DNA of 64,000 nucleotides, taken from contig OX597824.1 in assembly GCA_951406725.2 (NCBI GenBank), positions 95,108,001-95,172,000 of the forward strand, written 5' to 3'. The DNA is from Octopus vulgaris. Its lineage: Eukaryota. Shown here piece by piece: positions 1-14,051 of the stretch; the stretch's first letter is position 1; each line of letters starts with the position of its first letter. Made by a program: the position numbers and the translations under genes. Under the pieces are notes generated by a model that was not told the DNA's origin, searched no databases, and was given only the letters and a program-made list of their open reading frames with translations.

Positions 1-772
1 CACTCTTTTACTTTTTTCAGTCATTTGGTTGTGGCCATGCTGGTGCACTGCCTTTTTAGTCAAGCAAATTGACCCCAGGACTTATTCTTTGTAAGCCTAG
101 TACTTATTCTATTGGTCTCTTTTGCCGAACTGCTAAGTTACGGGGAGGTAAACACACCAGCATCAGTTGTCAATGTTGGGGGGACAAACACAGACACACA
201 AACACACACAGTTTCCGTCTACCAAATCCACTCACAAGGCTTTGGTTGGCCCAAGGTTATAGTAGAAGACACCTGCCCAAGGTGCCATTCAAATTTAAAT
301 CCACACATTACTGAAGTTTTTAAAATTCACATAAGGAAATAGTTTAACTCTTCAGCATTTAAACTGGCCATACCTGGCCCATATATTCCACCTGTTTTAT
401 GTTCAAACTGGCCACATCTGGTCTCTCACACCTAACCTACAATGTCATTCTAAAGCTAAAACAATCACATCATTATAATCTTGAAGCTTCGAGATGATGG
501 ATAGTTAATTCAAAACAATGTTAATAAATAAGCTTTACATTTGACAGATTAATATGAATGATAAAGGGTTAGGCCTTAAGAAGCTAATCTAAGCAGCAGG
601 TATTTAGAAAATTCAAGATTCATTCTTTCTCTCAAAACACAAGGTTTTAATTCACTTTTAATTTGTCTCTGATATTCAATACTTTAAATATTGATCAGAC
701 AGATTGAAAAAATGTTCCAACCAAAGAAACTTATTCTACAGACTAATTTAAACCTGAGTTCATGTTTCTTAC

Positions 773-867
773 CTATTTTGAAAAATAACACCTCGTATTG
801 TTTCATAAGGGTTAGATCTTGAGCGAGCTTTACGCATCTCTTCACTTTCCAGTTCATCAAAAATGTT
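773..867 (-). CDS. CMTR1: CMTR1 exon [31 protein letters not shown](R), start of the methyltransferase region
   Basis: Acceptor tttgtcag, donor ag|gtaaga; contains the conserved NPYE motif. Confidence 0.93.
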
Positions 868-3800
868 CTGACAAAATAAATAAATAAATATAAATAAATG
901 AACAAAAACCATCATTAGAACATATATACAAATTTAGAGAACAGAAGTGAAACATGGGTCCTGAATGCAAAAGACATGCAAAGGCTAGAGTGGAATGACG
1001 CTAGTATGGTCCACTGGATGTGGAACGTCAGTATAGAAGTGTGATGGAGCGCTAGTGTATTGAAAGAAAAGTTGGGCATAAGAATTAGATGCAGTGTGCA
1101 AACTGTAGTTGTGATACCTGTGCCAGCAGCACGTAAAAAGCACCATCAGAACGTGGCCGATGCCAGCGCTTCCTTGACTGGCTTCTGTGCCGGTGGCACG
1201 TGACCTGTTGTGCTTGAGGAGACCTATTGAGTCAAGTACATCAACATCAAAATAAATATCAAATGGAAATTGTAGTTGTGATACCTGTGCCAGTGGCACA
1301 TAAAAAGCTCCATCTGAACGTGGTCATTGCCAGCCTCCCCTGGCACCTGTGCCAGTGGCACGTAAAAAGCACCCACTGTACTCATGGAGTGGTTGACGTT
1401 AGGAAGGGCATCCAGCTGTAGAAACACTGCCAGATCAGACTGGAGCCTGGTGCAGCCTCCTGGCTTCCCCGACCCCGGTCGAACCGTCCAACCCATGCTA
1501 GCATGGAAAACGGATGTTAAACGATGATGATGATGATGATGATGTGCAAGAGAGAGGAGAATACATTGGTTTGGTCATGTGATGCAGAGGGATGTAAACA
1601 GTTGTATACAAAAGTGCCAATCAATTAAAATGGATGGAACTTGTGGAAGAGAGAGAGAGAGACCAAGGAAAACATGGAGCAGAGAGCTGAAGGCCGATCC
1701 CAAGACACTGAACATTATGAAAGAGATGGCAAAAGACCAAGATATCTGGCGCCTTGCTGTACCCAAGAAGACCCGACTACCACAGCAGAATCGATAGCGG
1801 TACTGGTGCTAGTGTCACACAAAAAAAGGCACTCGTACTGGTACCACACAGTAAGCATCCAGCACACTGTGGAGTGGTTGGCATTCGGAAGGGCCTCCAG
1901 CCATAGAAACCATGCCAGAACAAACAATGGAACTTGGTGCAGCTCCTGGCTTTACCGGCTCTGGTCAAACCATCCAACCCATGTCAGCGTGGAAAATGGA
2001 TGTTAAATAATGATGCTGATGATGATGAAGCAGCAGTGAAGGTTTTATTGGTGTGATGTGTTGCAGAGCAGAATGACTGGCAGTGAAAAAGGAGATGCAC
2101 CCAGACAAACAGTTTGTCTGAAAAGGAAAGTGAAGGGGAACAAAGTAAACACTGAGGGGAAAAGTTAGTTTAATTAAACTAATTAAATTAAGAGAGAGAG
2201 AGAGAAAGAGAGAGAGTTTAAAATATGACAACAGTTGTAAAATGTGTGATTACTTGAAAGGATTAATGGAAAGAAAAAAGTGTTTGAGGAAATAATGAAA
2301 GGTATTCAAGGAAAATAAACAACAGATCAAACTGCATTGTATGAGCTAAATGCTAAGACTTTAATGAAATATTGGTTTAATATTGGTTTCAGATTTTGGC
2401 ACAAGGCCAGCAATTTCGGGCACGGGGTGAGTTGATTACATTGACCCCCAGTGCTCAACTGGTACTTATTTTATCGACCCCACCCCGCCCCCAAAGGATA
2501 AAGGGCAAAGTTGACCTCAGCAGAATTTGAACTCAGATCGTAAAGATAAATGAAATGCTGCTAACAATTCTGCCAGGTTGCTGCCTTAAAGAATGGTTTT
2601 TTAATATTAGTTTGCAGCCTCATTGCTCTCTGGCTCCACAAGCGCTCTCTTCTGAAATGGAAGTAGTTATGTAGTCCCTCTACAGTAAGAAAACCTGTTC
2701 TGCTCTGGTCCCTTCTCTCATGCGTTTACACATCTTTTGCTCCTCATATTCCTGTATAAAGTGGCCCCTGTTGAATTTGTAGCCCTGCAAACTGCTTGGC
2801 AACCTCACTTGAACTGGTGGCACAAAACAAGCACTAGATACACACTGTAAAGCGGTTGGTGCTTGGAAGGGCATCCAACCAGAGAAACCATGCCAAAGTA
2901 GGCACTGGGGTCAATTTGTTCAACTAAGACCCTAAACATGGTGCCTCAGCATGACCGTGGACCAATGATTGAAACAAGTAAAAGGTAAAAGGCACTTACT
3001 TTAGAATCCAGGATTCCACTCAATAATTCACTTGAAATAAAGTTCAGTTCATCATCTATAATCCTCTTTTTCTGCAAATAAAATTAATAGTAATTAGTAT
3101 CTTACACATGGACTTCTTGAATAGAATAGCAGAGATCTTTGTCTCCACAATAAATATTTTTCACGTAGAAAATATGAATAGTTTCCTTTAAGAATCTATT
3201 TTCCAAGCATTCTTCCTTTATTATATGTTTTCTTCAAATGATCAATTTCTTGACATCAAACCTGATGCTAGTAATTCCTCATATTTGCTGCTAAGGGTAA
3301 CTCCCCTAACCGTTTTCTTTCCCCAAGGCACTCACAAGGTGAAGGTTTGTACTTGGCGTTTCTTCCATGATATACTAATTAACCCACAGCTGGGGTCCTG
3401 ACAGGTGTTACTACAGCAGATCAGAGAAGACCAGGGAACATTAGTGACTACCGTAAATCCTCGAGTATAATACGCAGGGGACTTTTAGGGGGCTGTACCT
3501 CTGAAAAACTTAAACTTTGTGCATAATATGCACCCCTTCTCTAACTTGAGTCAAGGAAGTCTATATAACGTCCTTGGTTTGTAAAAATGTATACGGTAAC
3601 ATCCTTTATTATTATTGTATATATAACAATGCAAACGTGTAGCTTTTTTGTGCATTTTGTTTGCAGAAAATAAAGAAATAACAGTAATAACGTTTAATAA
3701 ATGTTGATTACTGCAAGTTATGGATGATTCTTTTAGGACTTCATTGTTTTCAGGCTTAGCTTAACGTATTTTGGCGCCCGACATCACAAAATGCGTCGGA

Positions 3801-4436
3801 ATAAACATTGCCGGACAGCAAATAGAGATTCGGACATTGCTTAGAAAATAATTTTCATTTTTAACCTCGTATATAGCACGCACTAGGGATTTTGACCTTT
3901 AAATTTTGGGAAAAAAATGTGGATTATACTCAAGGATTTACGGTATTCTTCAAAACCATGGAGTCCTGAACCAGGACTCTACTACTGGATTAGTTTAAAG
4001 TCTTACCCAGGACATTTTCAAAGCAATACTTGTACATTAAAACTTACTTTTCCGGTTGCTTTCCATGTCCGAAGTTCTTCTAACGATGGCATAGGATCTG
4101 TACAAGGCTTCATCCAGTCAATAGTCTCCATTGCAGTAATCTTTAAAGGGAAAGAAAAATAGTTAATAAAATGATAATTGTAAACTGTCGGATTACAATT
4201 CTCTTACTTTGTTTCAATTTTGTTATCTTAACGATTCATTTCCTTCATCATCCTCGTCATTGTTTTAACATCCATTTTTCCATGCTTGCATGGGTTGGAC
4301 AGAGTTTATTGAGCAGCTTTTCTATGGCCAAACCGTAACCGTTTCCAAGAAAAGTAACAGTTCTCCATAGTCAGACACGTTTTTTGTAGAATACTGGACG
4401 TGAATGACATTCATTTTCAACAATCACCCAATGTCT

Positions 4437-4467
<31 letters not shown>

Positions 4468-5681
4468 CCTCTCCAACAGGCTTCTTTCATACTCTGTCTA
4501 TCAAACCCACTCACAAGGATTTGGTCCGCCTGGAGATTTAGTAGAAGCCATTTGCCCAAAGATCCACAGAGTGGGATTGAACCTGAGTATCAATGGTTAC
4601 AGGTTTCCAACAGACCAATCACTAATTCACTTCATTTATATTACTGTATTTGATGGCAAATAAGACACACTTTTGTTTCAAAAAAATATCTCAAAAACAC
4701 CACCCTGGGCCCTATATGCATTGGAGTGCACTTAATATATCCATGAATCTTTTATGCCATCAAATACAGTAAGAAGGTGGTCAAAGACATTTCTTGATGA
4801 TGTCCAAATATTTCATATAGAATCTTTGGTTTATTGCTTGTCTGTAGCTTTCCAATAAAAACCTGAAGAACAATTTGTTTCTGATTCTAAATTGATCTGG
4901 AATGGTTATCTACATTTCCAGAGTTGCATTTTTTTGTCTATTAAAACACTATATTTACTCATGTCTAAGTTGCACTGTTCTGTACTTGATTTTTAACTGA
5001 AAAATCTGGATTGTTAACGTATACACAGGGCAAAGCTAAAACTATGAAGGGAACAAAAATTTGTACTAAGATTTAACTCTAGAATTAGGGGCCTTTCTTT
5101 TCTTGCTAAAATTCTGTTTTGTTCTTTTTTTTTTTTAAATTAATGACAGACTGTTACCTCTTCTTCGTCAGGATCCCATTTCATTTCAGTTTTCAAAAAT
5201 GCTTTTGGATAAAGGCCGAAACCACGTCGGCCCCTTTGCTTCGATGCTTCTACAATTTCAACACGACCTTGGGCATTTTTACCAAGACCTTTACCATCTT
5301 GGTAACCCATTTTAGCCTGTCAATGCAAAGAAGGGAGAGTGAGAAAATATCAATAAAATCACAAACAATACTTTAATCTATTTATTACACAACAACATTG
5401 AAAGGTAGACAATAATATTACAACACTATTACAGCCAGAATATCATAAATGAAAATATCTGGAAAATTATAAGAAAATGTGAATGATGCATGGTAAACTC
5501 TTTTTAGTCTTTTAGACTTAAGAACTACTTAAAAAATTTAGGTAGAAATTAACAGCAGAGATACATAATGCATCAAGCAATGAGAAATGACTGGATTGCC
5601 AAATCTGTGTAGAAACTGGACTCAGAGCCACAAGCAGTTATGAAAGCTTGCTCATCTAATTCACTGACAATGTTAATGGCC

Positions 5682-5713
<32 letters not shown>

Positions 5714-8700
5714 GGTGCTGCTGCTTGTTTGTTTGTTTATTTGTTTGTTGAGCGAAGCAGTCTTTGTCCCAGAGTGGGAGAAGTCCGAAATGTGGTCCTT
5801 TGCTATTCGTAAGACCCGCAGAAGAGAAAGCAGGTCAACCCCCGACTGTCGGGCGAAATGCTTAGCTGTATTTCGTCTGCCGTTACATTCTGAGTTCAAA
5901 TTCCACCAAGGTCCACTTTGCCTTTCATCCTTTTGGGGTCGATAAATTAAGTGCCAGTTGCGTACTGGGGTCAATGTAATCGACTTAATCCCTTTGTCTG
6001 TCCTTGTTTGTCCCCTCTCTGTTTATCCCCCTGTGGGTAATAAAGAAATAAATACAAAATATTAAGAATTCAATGAAGTAAAGTGTTCTGCTTACCATAA
6101 TTTTTAAACTGGTTTCACTGTAGGAAGAAGTTTGTGCATTCTGGAATTTATTGGCCATTTGTTCCTTCTGTGAATCTTCTGATTGTCTTGCAGAAAAAGA
6201 AGGAGAAAATAGTTCTGGTTTCCCTTCATCATTGCTGTCACTGAATGTTGTGCTCTCGTGGCCAGATAACAATGCTTGTGGCTCAGGTTCACTATCGGAA
6301 TCTGAAGAAGGCATTTAACAAAAAAGAGAAACCTTTCATTGGAAAAAAAAAAATCAGATATTTCAAGTCATGAATTCTTCAGTTCTTTCCATATTTCTAT
6401 GAACAATAATTAATGACTTTAACCAAATATTTAAACCCAAATAATTATAAACAGTATGTAATGGCAATGTCTTATGAAAAGAGTGAAGTGAGAGACTATA
6501 TGCAGTAAAATGCTGCCCCTATTTGGGGCTCAGGAGCCCAGCATTTCATCAGCTGTCATTGTTCTTTGTCATAAATCATCATCATCATCATCGTTTAATG
6601 TCTGCTTTCCATGCTAGCATGGGTTGGACTTTTTTGACTGAGGGCTGGCAAACCAGATAACTGCACCAGGCTCCAATCTTAATCTGGCAGAGTTTCTTCA
6701 GCTGGATGCCCTTCCTAATGCCAACCACTCTGAGAGTGTAGTAGGTGCTTTTTACGTGCTACCGGCACAGGGGCCAGTCAGGCAGTACTGGCAATGACCT
6801 CGCTCAAATCCTTTTACACATGCCACTGGCACAGGTGCCAGTAAGGTGACATTGGTAACAATCACGCTTGAATGGTGTCCTTCTACGTGCCACCAGCACG
6901 GAAGCCAGTTGACTGCTCTGGCAATGATCAGGCTCAGATGGTGTTCTTGGTAGCCTACTAGCACGGGCACAAGTGCCAGTAAGGCGACACTAGTAATGAT
7001 CACACTCGAATGGTGCCCTTTTATGTGCCACTGGCATGGAAGCCGGTTAGCCGCTCTGTCAACGATCACACTAAAATGGTGCTCTTTGCACCCTGCTAGC
7101 ACAGATGCTAGTCGTCGAATTTGATTTTGATTTCGATGTATAAAAGAAAAAAAGGAATACCTTTGATTACAAATCTGTTTGATTAGAGTTGACAGGCCAA
7201 CCAACCAACCAACCAACCAGCCAGCCAGCCAACCAGCCAGCCAGCCAACCAGCCAACCAGCCAGCCAGCCGACCAGCCAGCCAGCCAACCAACCAGCCAG
7301 CCAGCCAGCCAGCCAGCCAACCAGCCAGCCAGCCAACCAACCAGCCAGCCAACCAACCAACCAGCCACCCAACCAGCCAGCCAACAAAGTAATTGGAGGT
7401 TTTATAGTGACACCAGCTGTAGAGAATAAATTGTACTTATGATGCCCAACTGATTAGGATTTTATGAAAATCACTGACTGACCTTTCACTTCTGAATTTA
7501 AATCCAATGTGCCATGCTTTTCGAATACTCCATAGGAATTCATTTGACTGTAACCGAGATTTCTGTTTAGTTTTTTCTAAAGAAATAGAAAATTGATTAT
7601 TTAGAATTTCCAATTTCAGTGAGATAAAAAAAAACCAAAGAGTAAGATAAGACATTCTTCAACTTCTAAAATTGTAAAAGAAAGAAAGAAAGAAATGCTG
7701 TAAAGAACACTGAAAGACAAGTGACAGGCTTTGCCAGTGAAGGGCAAAATGAGGCCCACGGGACTTATTTGGAATGGCATGTCTAATAAAAGAATTACCA
7801 TGGATTTTTTAGTAGTGCAGAACACCTAATGATGAGATACATCTTAGGTGGCCCTTTTCTCAAAAAGTGCTTGCATCTGCCTGAGGTGCACAGGGATCAG
7901 GAATTGAAATCCTTTCACTTGGAAGTATGCTTTTCAGGAATGGAAACTGGATTTCAAGACAACTGTAGCATATTCAGCGCCAGTCCTCATCCTACAGACT
8001 TTAGCAAAAACCAAACATTTTCAATAATTTCAAAATTAGGCATAAGGAAGCCTACAAAAGTTTGGGGTCACTTCAATCAGTTTAACTGACTCCAGTACTT
8101 TACTGGTACTTTATTTTACCAATCCTGGAAGGATGAAAGGAAATGTCAGCGCAAACAGTATTGAGGTGGTCAAGCATGACCATCGAACGTTGGGCCTCAC
8201 AGAGGCAATGACAAAGGTCCGTGTGAGTTCATGGCTGTTTCCTGCACCAACTTTACATAGCAGCCCCAGCCCATCCAAAGTACCTTGGATCACAGGACGA
8301 CCTGCTGTGCTTACCTTGGATCGTGCTTGAGTCAAGTACATCAACATCAAAATAAAAATCAAATGGCAATTGTAGTTGTGATACCTGTGCCAGTGGCACA
8401 TAAAAAGCACCATCTGAACATGGCCAATGTCAGTGCCACCATGACTGGCTTCTGTGCCAGTGGCATGTAAAAAGCACCCACTACATTCACAGAGTGGTTG
8501 GCATTAGGAAGAGCATCCAACTGTAGAAACACTGCCAGATCAGACTGGATCCTGGTGCAGCCTCCTGGCTTCCCAGACCCCAGTCGAACCGTCCAACCCA
8601 TGCTAGCATGGAAAGCGGACGTCAAATGATGATGATGATGATAACGAAAAAGATTTGCATATGTCTGAACTACACGGTGGCCAGGAATAGAAAAACCTTC

Positions 8701-11700
8701 CAGTTGAAAATATGCAAGGTACATTTGTCCAATGTTCAAAAGGTTCTGTTGAATAATAAATCAGTTACTTACTTCCGTGCTATCTGTCAAGGAACTTGGT
8801 TTTGTACGAGGTGTTCTTGGAACCTTTGTTGATCTGTTAGCTTCTTCATCATCTGAAGTCTCCAGTTTTCTATTCCGAGAGAAGAAAGGAACATAGCTAT
8901 CACCTCTGCCCTCATCATTGCTGTCACTGAGGGCGCTGCTTTCATGACCTGCACTGAGGCTAAACTGATCTGCATCGCTTTCAGAGTCTGCAAGGTGAAA
9001 GAAAATCATTCATTCTATGAACCATTCTGTGGATATGAAACCCGTATGTTGAGTTTTGTTAGGTAGATTCAATGGATAAGTGATTAAGAGGTTGTGACAT
9101 TCATGCCTTTTCCATGGATGTTTTAAGACTTAACTGGGTTCTATATGAAACATAAAATTAGGCTATGGGCTTGATTTTATCAACAATTTTGCATTATTTT
9201 ATAACACTGAGCTCTTATTTGCTTTGAGTGTCGCTGGCTGAGTTGTTAGAGTACTGGACAATGAGTTAAGAGAGTTGACAGTTCAAATACGGCAACCGAC
9301 ACTGTATTGTGTTTGTTACCAAGATAGTCAGTTGCCTCAGTCCACCTAGCTGTAAACAGGCAGACCAAGGCAGCTGATCATTAATTATGAGACTTTAAAT
9401 GATGATGATGAAGTGGTTGTTTTGTCCCATGTTTCCTTCCATTATTTCTAACACTAAATAATAAGGAAAGACTTCCACCCGTCCCCCACCCAATTTTCTC
9501 CCAGATTTGTTAATTTAAAAAATTTTTTCCCAAAAATTGCTGGCTTTGTGCCAAAAATTGAAATCAGCATTTGGTTTGATTTTGTAATTACTATTATAAA
9601 ATAAAAAATAAATGCGCCTTTTATAAAGCCTAGCCAAGCTCATGGGCCTGATTTCCCGGTTTCTATGGCGTATGTGTTCCCCAGCTGGATGGGACGCCAG
9701 TCCAACGCTCACCTCTGTGAGGCCTGCTTGAAAGGAACTCAGCCACCTCACCTCCATGAGGCCCAACACTCAAAAGGAACTTAGCCACTTTGCCTCCATG
9801 AGTTCAACACTCGAAAGAAACTCAGTGAGGCCCACTTGAAAGGAGCTCAGCCACCTCGCCTCCGTGAGGCCCAACACTCAAAGGGAACCAAGACAGGAGT
9901 GTGTTTAATAAATCAGCTTGATCTGATTTGGAAGGCTAATTAACAATCCAACAAAGTAATTAGGGGTTTTACAGCGACACCAGCTGTAAGGAGTAAAATA
10001 AAAATATACTTATGATCCCCAATTGATTAAGATTTTGTGAAAATTACTGACTGACCTTTTACTTCCGAATTCAAATCCAATATGCCATACTTTTTGAATC
10101 CTTCATAGGAATCAGAAGCACTCATTTGACTGTAACTGATATTTCTGTTTTGTTTTTTCTAAAGAAACAGAAAATTGATTATTTAGAATTTCTCAATTTC
10201 CAGTGAGGCAAAAAAAATGTGGAAGATAAGGGATACCTTATCTCCCAAAATGGTAAAAAAAAAAAGAAAATTATAAATAAAATGAAATACATAGGATAGA
10301 ATAGAATTATCTGAGAAATTATCTCAAACTAAAATAGTTGAATGGAGCGTAAAAAGTGTTTTCTTAATTCCTTTAATTCCGTGTGTCCCTTTGGGCGCCA
10401 ACAAGAAATCATGTCACAATTTTTGACAAGGGATTGTAGTTGTCCCCCTTTAAAAATATATTCATGACTAATTAATTAATGATTTCCTGTAGACACATTT
10501 TGATTGCAATTACAAATTCCTATAAGTAAACCTTCATTTATGGACACTCTTTAACTATTTTGACTTTAACCAAGCTGTGTCCAGTCTCTTCTACAGCTGT
10601 AATGGTCCCTGCTTATTCGACATGGTTAGTCCACAAGACTCTGTAAGGAGCACAGAGCTGGTTTCTCAGTTTCTCTGGCATATATATTCCTCCCTGGATA
10701 GGACGCCAGTCCATTGCATAATTACTCGTTTTTACCAGCTGAATGGACTGAAGTGTTTCATTCAAGAACACAAGGCACTGCCCAGTCCAGGGATAAAAAC
10801 CACAATCTTACAGCCATGAGTCTAACACCCTAACTCACCAAGCCACGAATCTCCACCCCTTTCAGCATTCTCACTGTAAACTTATTCTTCTTATCTAAAA
10901 CCAGTCACTGCTTTCTATCTTGACTCATTCCTACCAAATATCAAAAAGATTCTGCAAAGTACTGCAAGACAAGGCTGAGCCCTTTGAATTAGAAATCTAC
11001 ATATGAGCTCCCATGCCGTTCTGTTTCCATGATTTTATCCTAGAAGGCCTGGGTTTGGTTTTAGGCTATGGTAGAAGACATTCCCCCAAGTTGCTCTGCA
11101 GCCTTGCCTGGGTTTGGAAAATTTTATCTTAATATGTTTTTTTTTTTTTTGTTATTTTTGTTATGTAGACTTATTCCCTGTTCACTCCCTGGGCATATTC
11201 TATGTACTCTTCATGCAGTTCTGGTTAGTTTTTGTGATGAGTTGTAGTCTACCTGAGCACTGTATACAATAAGTTCATGCTTATAACTGCATTTCAAATT
11301 TTACCTATGATTCCTGCCACGTCATGTTCTGGATATTCTTTTAATATCCTCAGAAGATTGAAGAATTATCTATTCAACATGATGGGACAAGATCATCTAA
11401 AACATTTGGCTCTGGTTTCTCTGCAAATGCAACTTTATGTCAAGACGTTGGCAACGTTGTCAGCATATTTAGCTTCCAGATGACAAAGAAGAAGAAATCT
11501 CTTCTGAGCTTGTTTCATTTCTTCCCTGATGTGTAAGTGCCAAAAATGTCATCAAATATTGTCATTTCACAATCAAAATTTTCACTTATGTCCCAGCATT
11601 GCAGTTTTAGCTTAATTACAATATCAATTAGTCTAATCAACTTTGTCTTTGAGTGTTTTGGGGCAATATAAAAAATTTTGGGGGTAAAATGTATGGTCTT

Positions 11701-14020
11701 TGCCCTACTCCTCTCAAAAACTTCTCCCCATATGTGTACGAATACCACAGTTACTTAGTGCCCTTTCCACATATTTCTTTCCTTTGTATGTACTTTTGCC
11801 CGTTTAGAGAGTACATTGAGCACACAATGACCGTCCAAAGACTGACATTTTCATTTTTGCTTTTACCCTTTCAAAAGATTTCCTCACAATATCCTGAATT
11901 TAACTAAAGAATCTCTGAGAGACGAAAGTATAGCTAACTCCTTGTAAACAACAGCAAGGCATTTTGTCCAATGTTCAATTAATTCTGTTAAATTAAAAAC
12001 CAAATACTTACTCCAGCATTATTAGCCACGGGACTTGTTTTTGTACGAGGTGTTCTTGGAACCTTTGTTGGTCTGTTAGATCCTTCATCATCTGAAGTTT
12101 CCAATTTTCTCTTCTGTGAGAAGAAAGGAACATAGCTGTCACCTCTGCCCTCGTCATTGCTGTCACTGAGGGCACTGCTTTCATGACCTGCACCAAGATT
12201 AAACTGATCTGCATCGCTTTCAGAATCTGGAAGGTAAAAGGAAGTCATTTATTTAACGAATCACATTGTAGATATGAAGTCTGTTTATTTATTTTTGTAG
12301 AGTTCAATGAATAAATAATTAAGAATGAATGTTGTCCACTATAGCTCCGAGTCGACCGAAGCTTTGTGATTGAATTCGGTAGGTGGAAGTTACTGCCGTG
12401 TGTGTATGTGTGCGTATAGCTGCTCAGTGCCTCTCCGAAAGAGAGAGAGGGTTGTGACTTAACTGGGTTCTATACGAAAAATAAAATTAGGCTATGGGCT
12501 TGATTTTATCAACAATTTTGCATTACTTTATAACACTGAACTCTTATTTGCTTTAAGTGTAGATGACTGAAATGACAGGTACCAAGTCAAATGATCAGTT
12601 GCCTCAGTCCACTAGTCGTAAACAGGTACTGTGTAAGTAGAAGCAGCATTGTAAAAATGTTATTCTATAACCCAGGGTCAGTCCTGGCTGAGCAGATACA
12701 GAACAGTAGTTTGTTAGATTGCAACGTTCAATTCACTTCCTGTCTGTCTCTAAAAGCCTATTTAATATCTCGCCTTAAGAGAAGAGTCCCCACTTGTCTT
12801 AATCAACCGTGAGACTGGATCCAATCACAGATTCCGGTTACAGGCTGTTGGTGTACCATGAGGAAAGGATCAAAGGTCCTTCTCATGCTACAGGATCGTA
12901 AGGCCAGTTTCCTGGATGATTCTGTGGTGTATATATTCCCCACTTGGATAGGACACCAATCGGTCATAGAATTACTCCTTTTTTCCACCTGAGTGGACTG
13001 GACCAATCTGAAATAAAGTGTTTTGCGCCAGAACACGACACATCGCCCAGTCCAGGGATTGAAACCACAATCTTATGATCACGAGTGCAACAGCCAAATC
13101 ACTAACACACCTGCATCCACAGGTGTGTCATGAATGATATACAATAGCCTATTCTTCCTTAAAACTCGTCGTTATGCACAAGCATCCACTACTGAGGGGA
13201 CATTTTCCATAACCATGAGAGATTCCCATCAATATGTGAGACAGACATTACTCAGCTTGGTTCGGAGAGAAACTTAATATCAAATAACAAGTCTATCATA
13301 ATTCCATTCATACAGAAGATGTTTTAACGAAATGTTTTACGAGATCGAATCCAAAGGTTGATTGGAACTTTACATATTTTATCAGCCCAAGAAAAAAACA
13401 AATGGTAAATTTAACCGCAACAAAACCTGAACTGAAAATATAAGGGACCATAAATTAAACACTTCATGGTTTGTTCGATCATCAAACAACGCTAAAAACT
13501 GTAACAGTCTCGCAGTTAAACCTTTCGTTGCTAAAAATCTGTCAAAATACAATACTTTGTTGCTGTTACTTTAGAAAATAGGAAATAATTTAGTAAAATA
13601 AGTTTGTCAATATGAAACAGACATCTAGAATATATATTAACGTGGTATTTTGATGGGGAGTTTTGACTTAGATCCCTGTGTGTCTGTATAAATACATGAA
13701 ACCCGACAAATTTCCTGAGTTAAAATTTCCAGCAACCAAACATTTTTCGATCCAAATTAAAACGAGAATAATGTAAATGCGTATTTAACAATGAAACCAT
13801 TACAGAAAGAACACTTTCACTTTCTATAGATCTATAAAAAGTATAATTAATTCATTAGTAAATTATTCATTTATTATTTTTTTTAATGATTTTTCTTTTT
13901 GAAAATTTTAATTATCATGTTTCTTTTTTTTTAATTTCAGATTTCTCTGCCCTATTTATTGTTTGCTTATGTTCCGATAACGATAAGGTTTTTTTCTTTA
14001 TACAGGGTGAGGGTTGTTAT

Positions 14021-14051
<31 letters not shown>

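Noticed and set aside
6752-7442. ORFs of GWLA / QPAS repeats up to 211 aa
   Set aside because: They are translations of the (CCAA/CCAG)n microsatellite and the adjacent retroposon.
9716-9890. CRISPR-like repeat array
   Set aside because: Units are contiguous with no unique spacers, the DNA is eukaryotic, and no cas genes are present.
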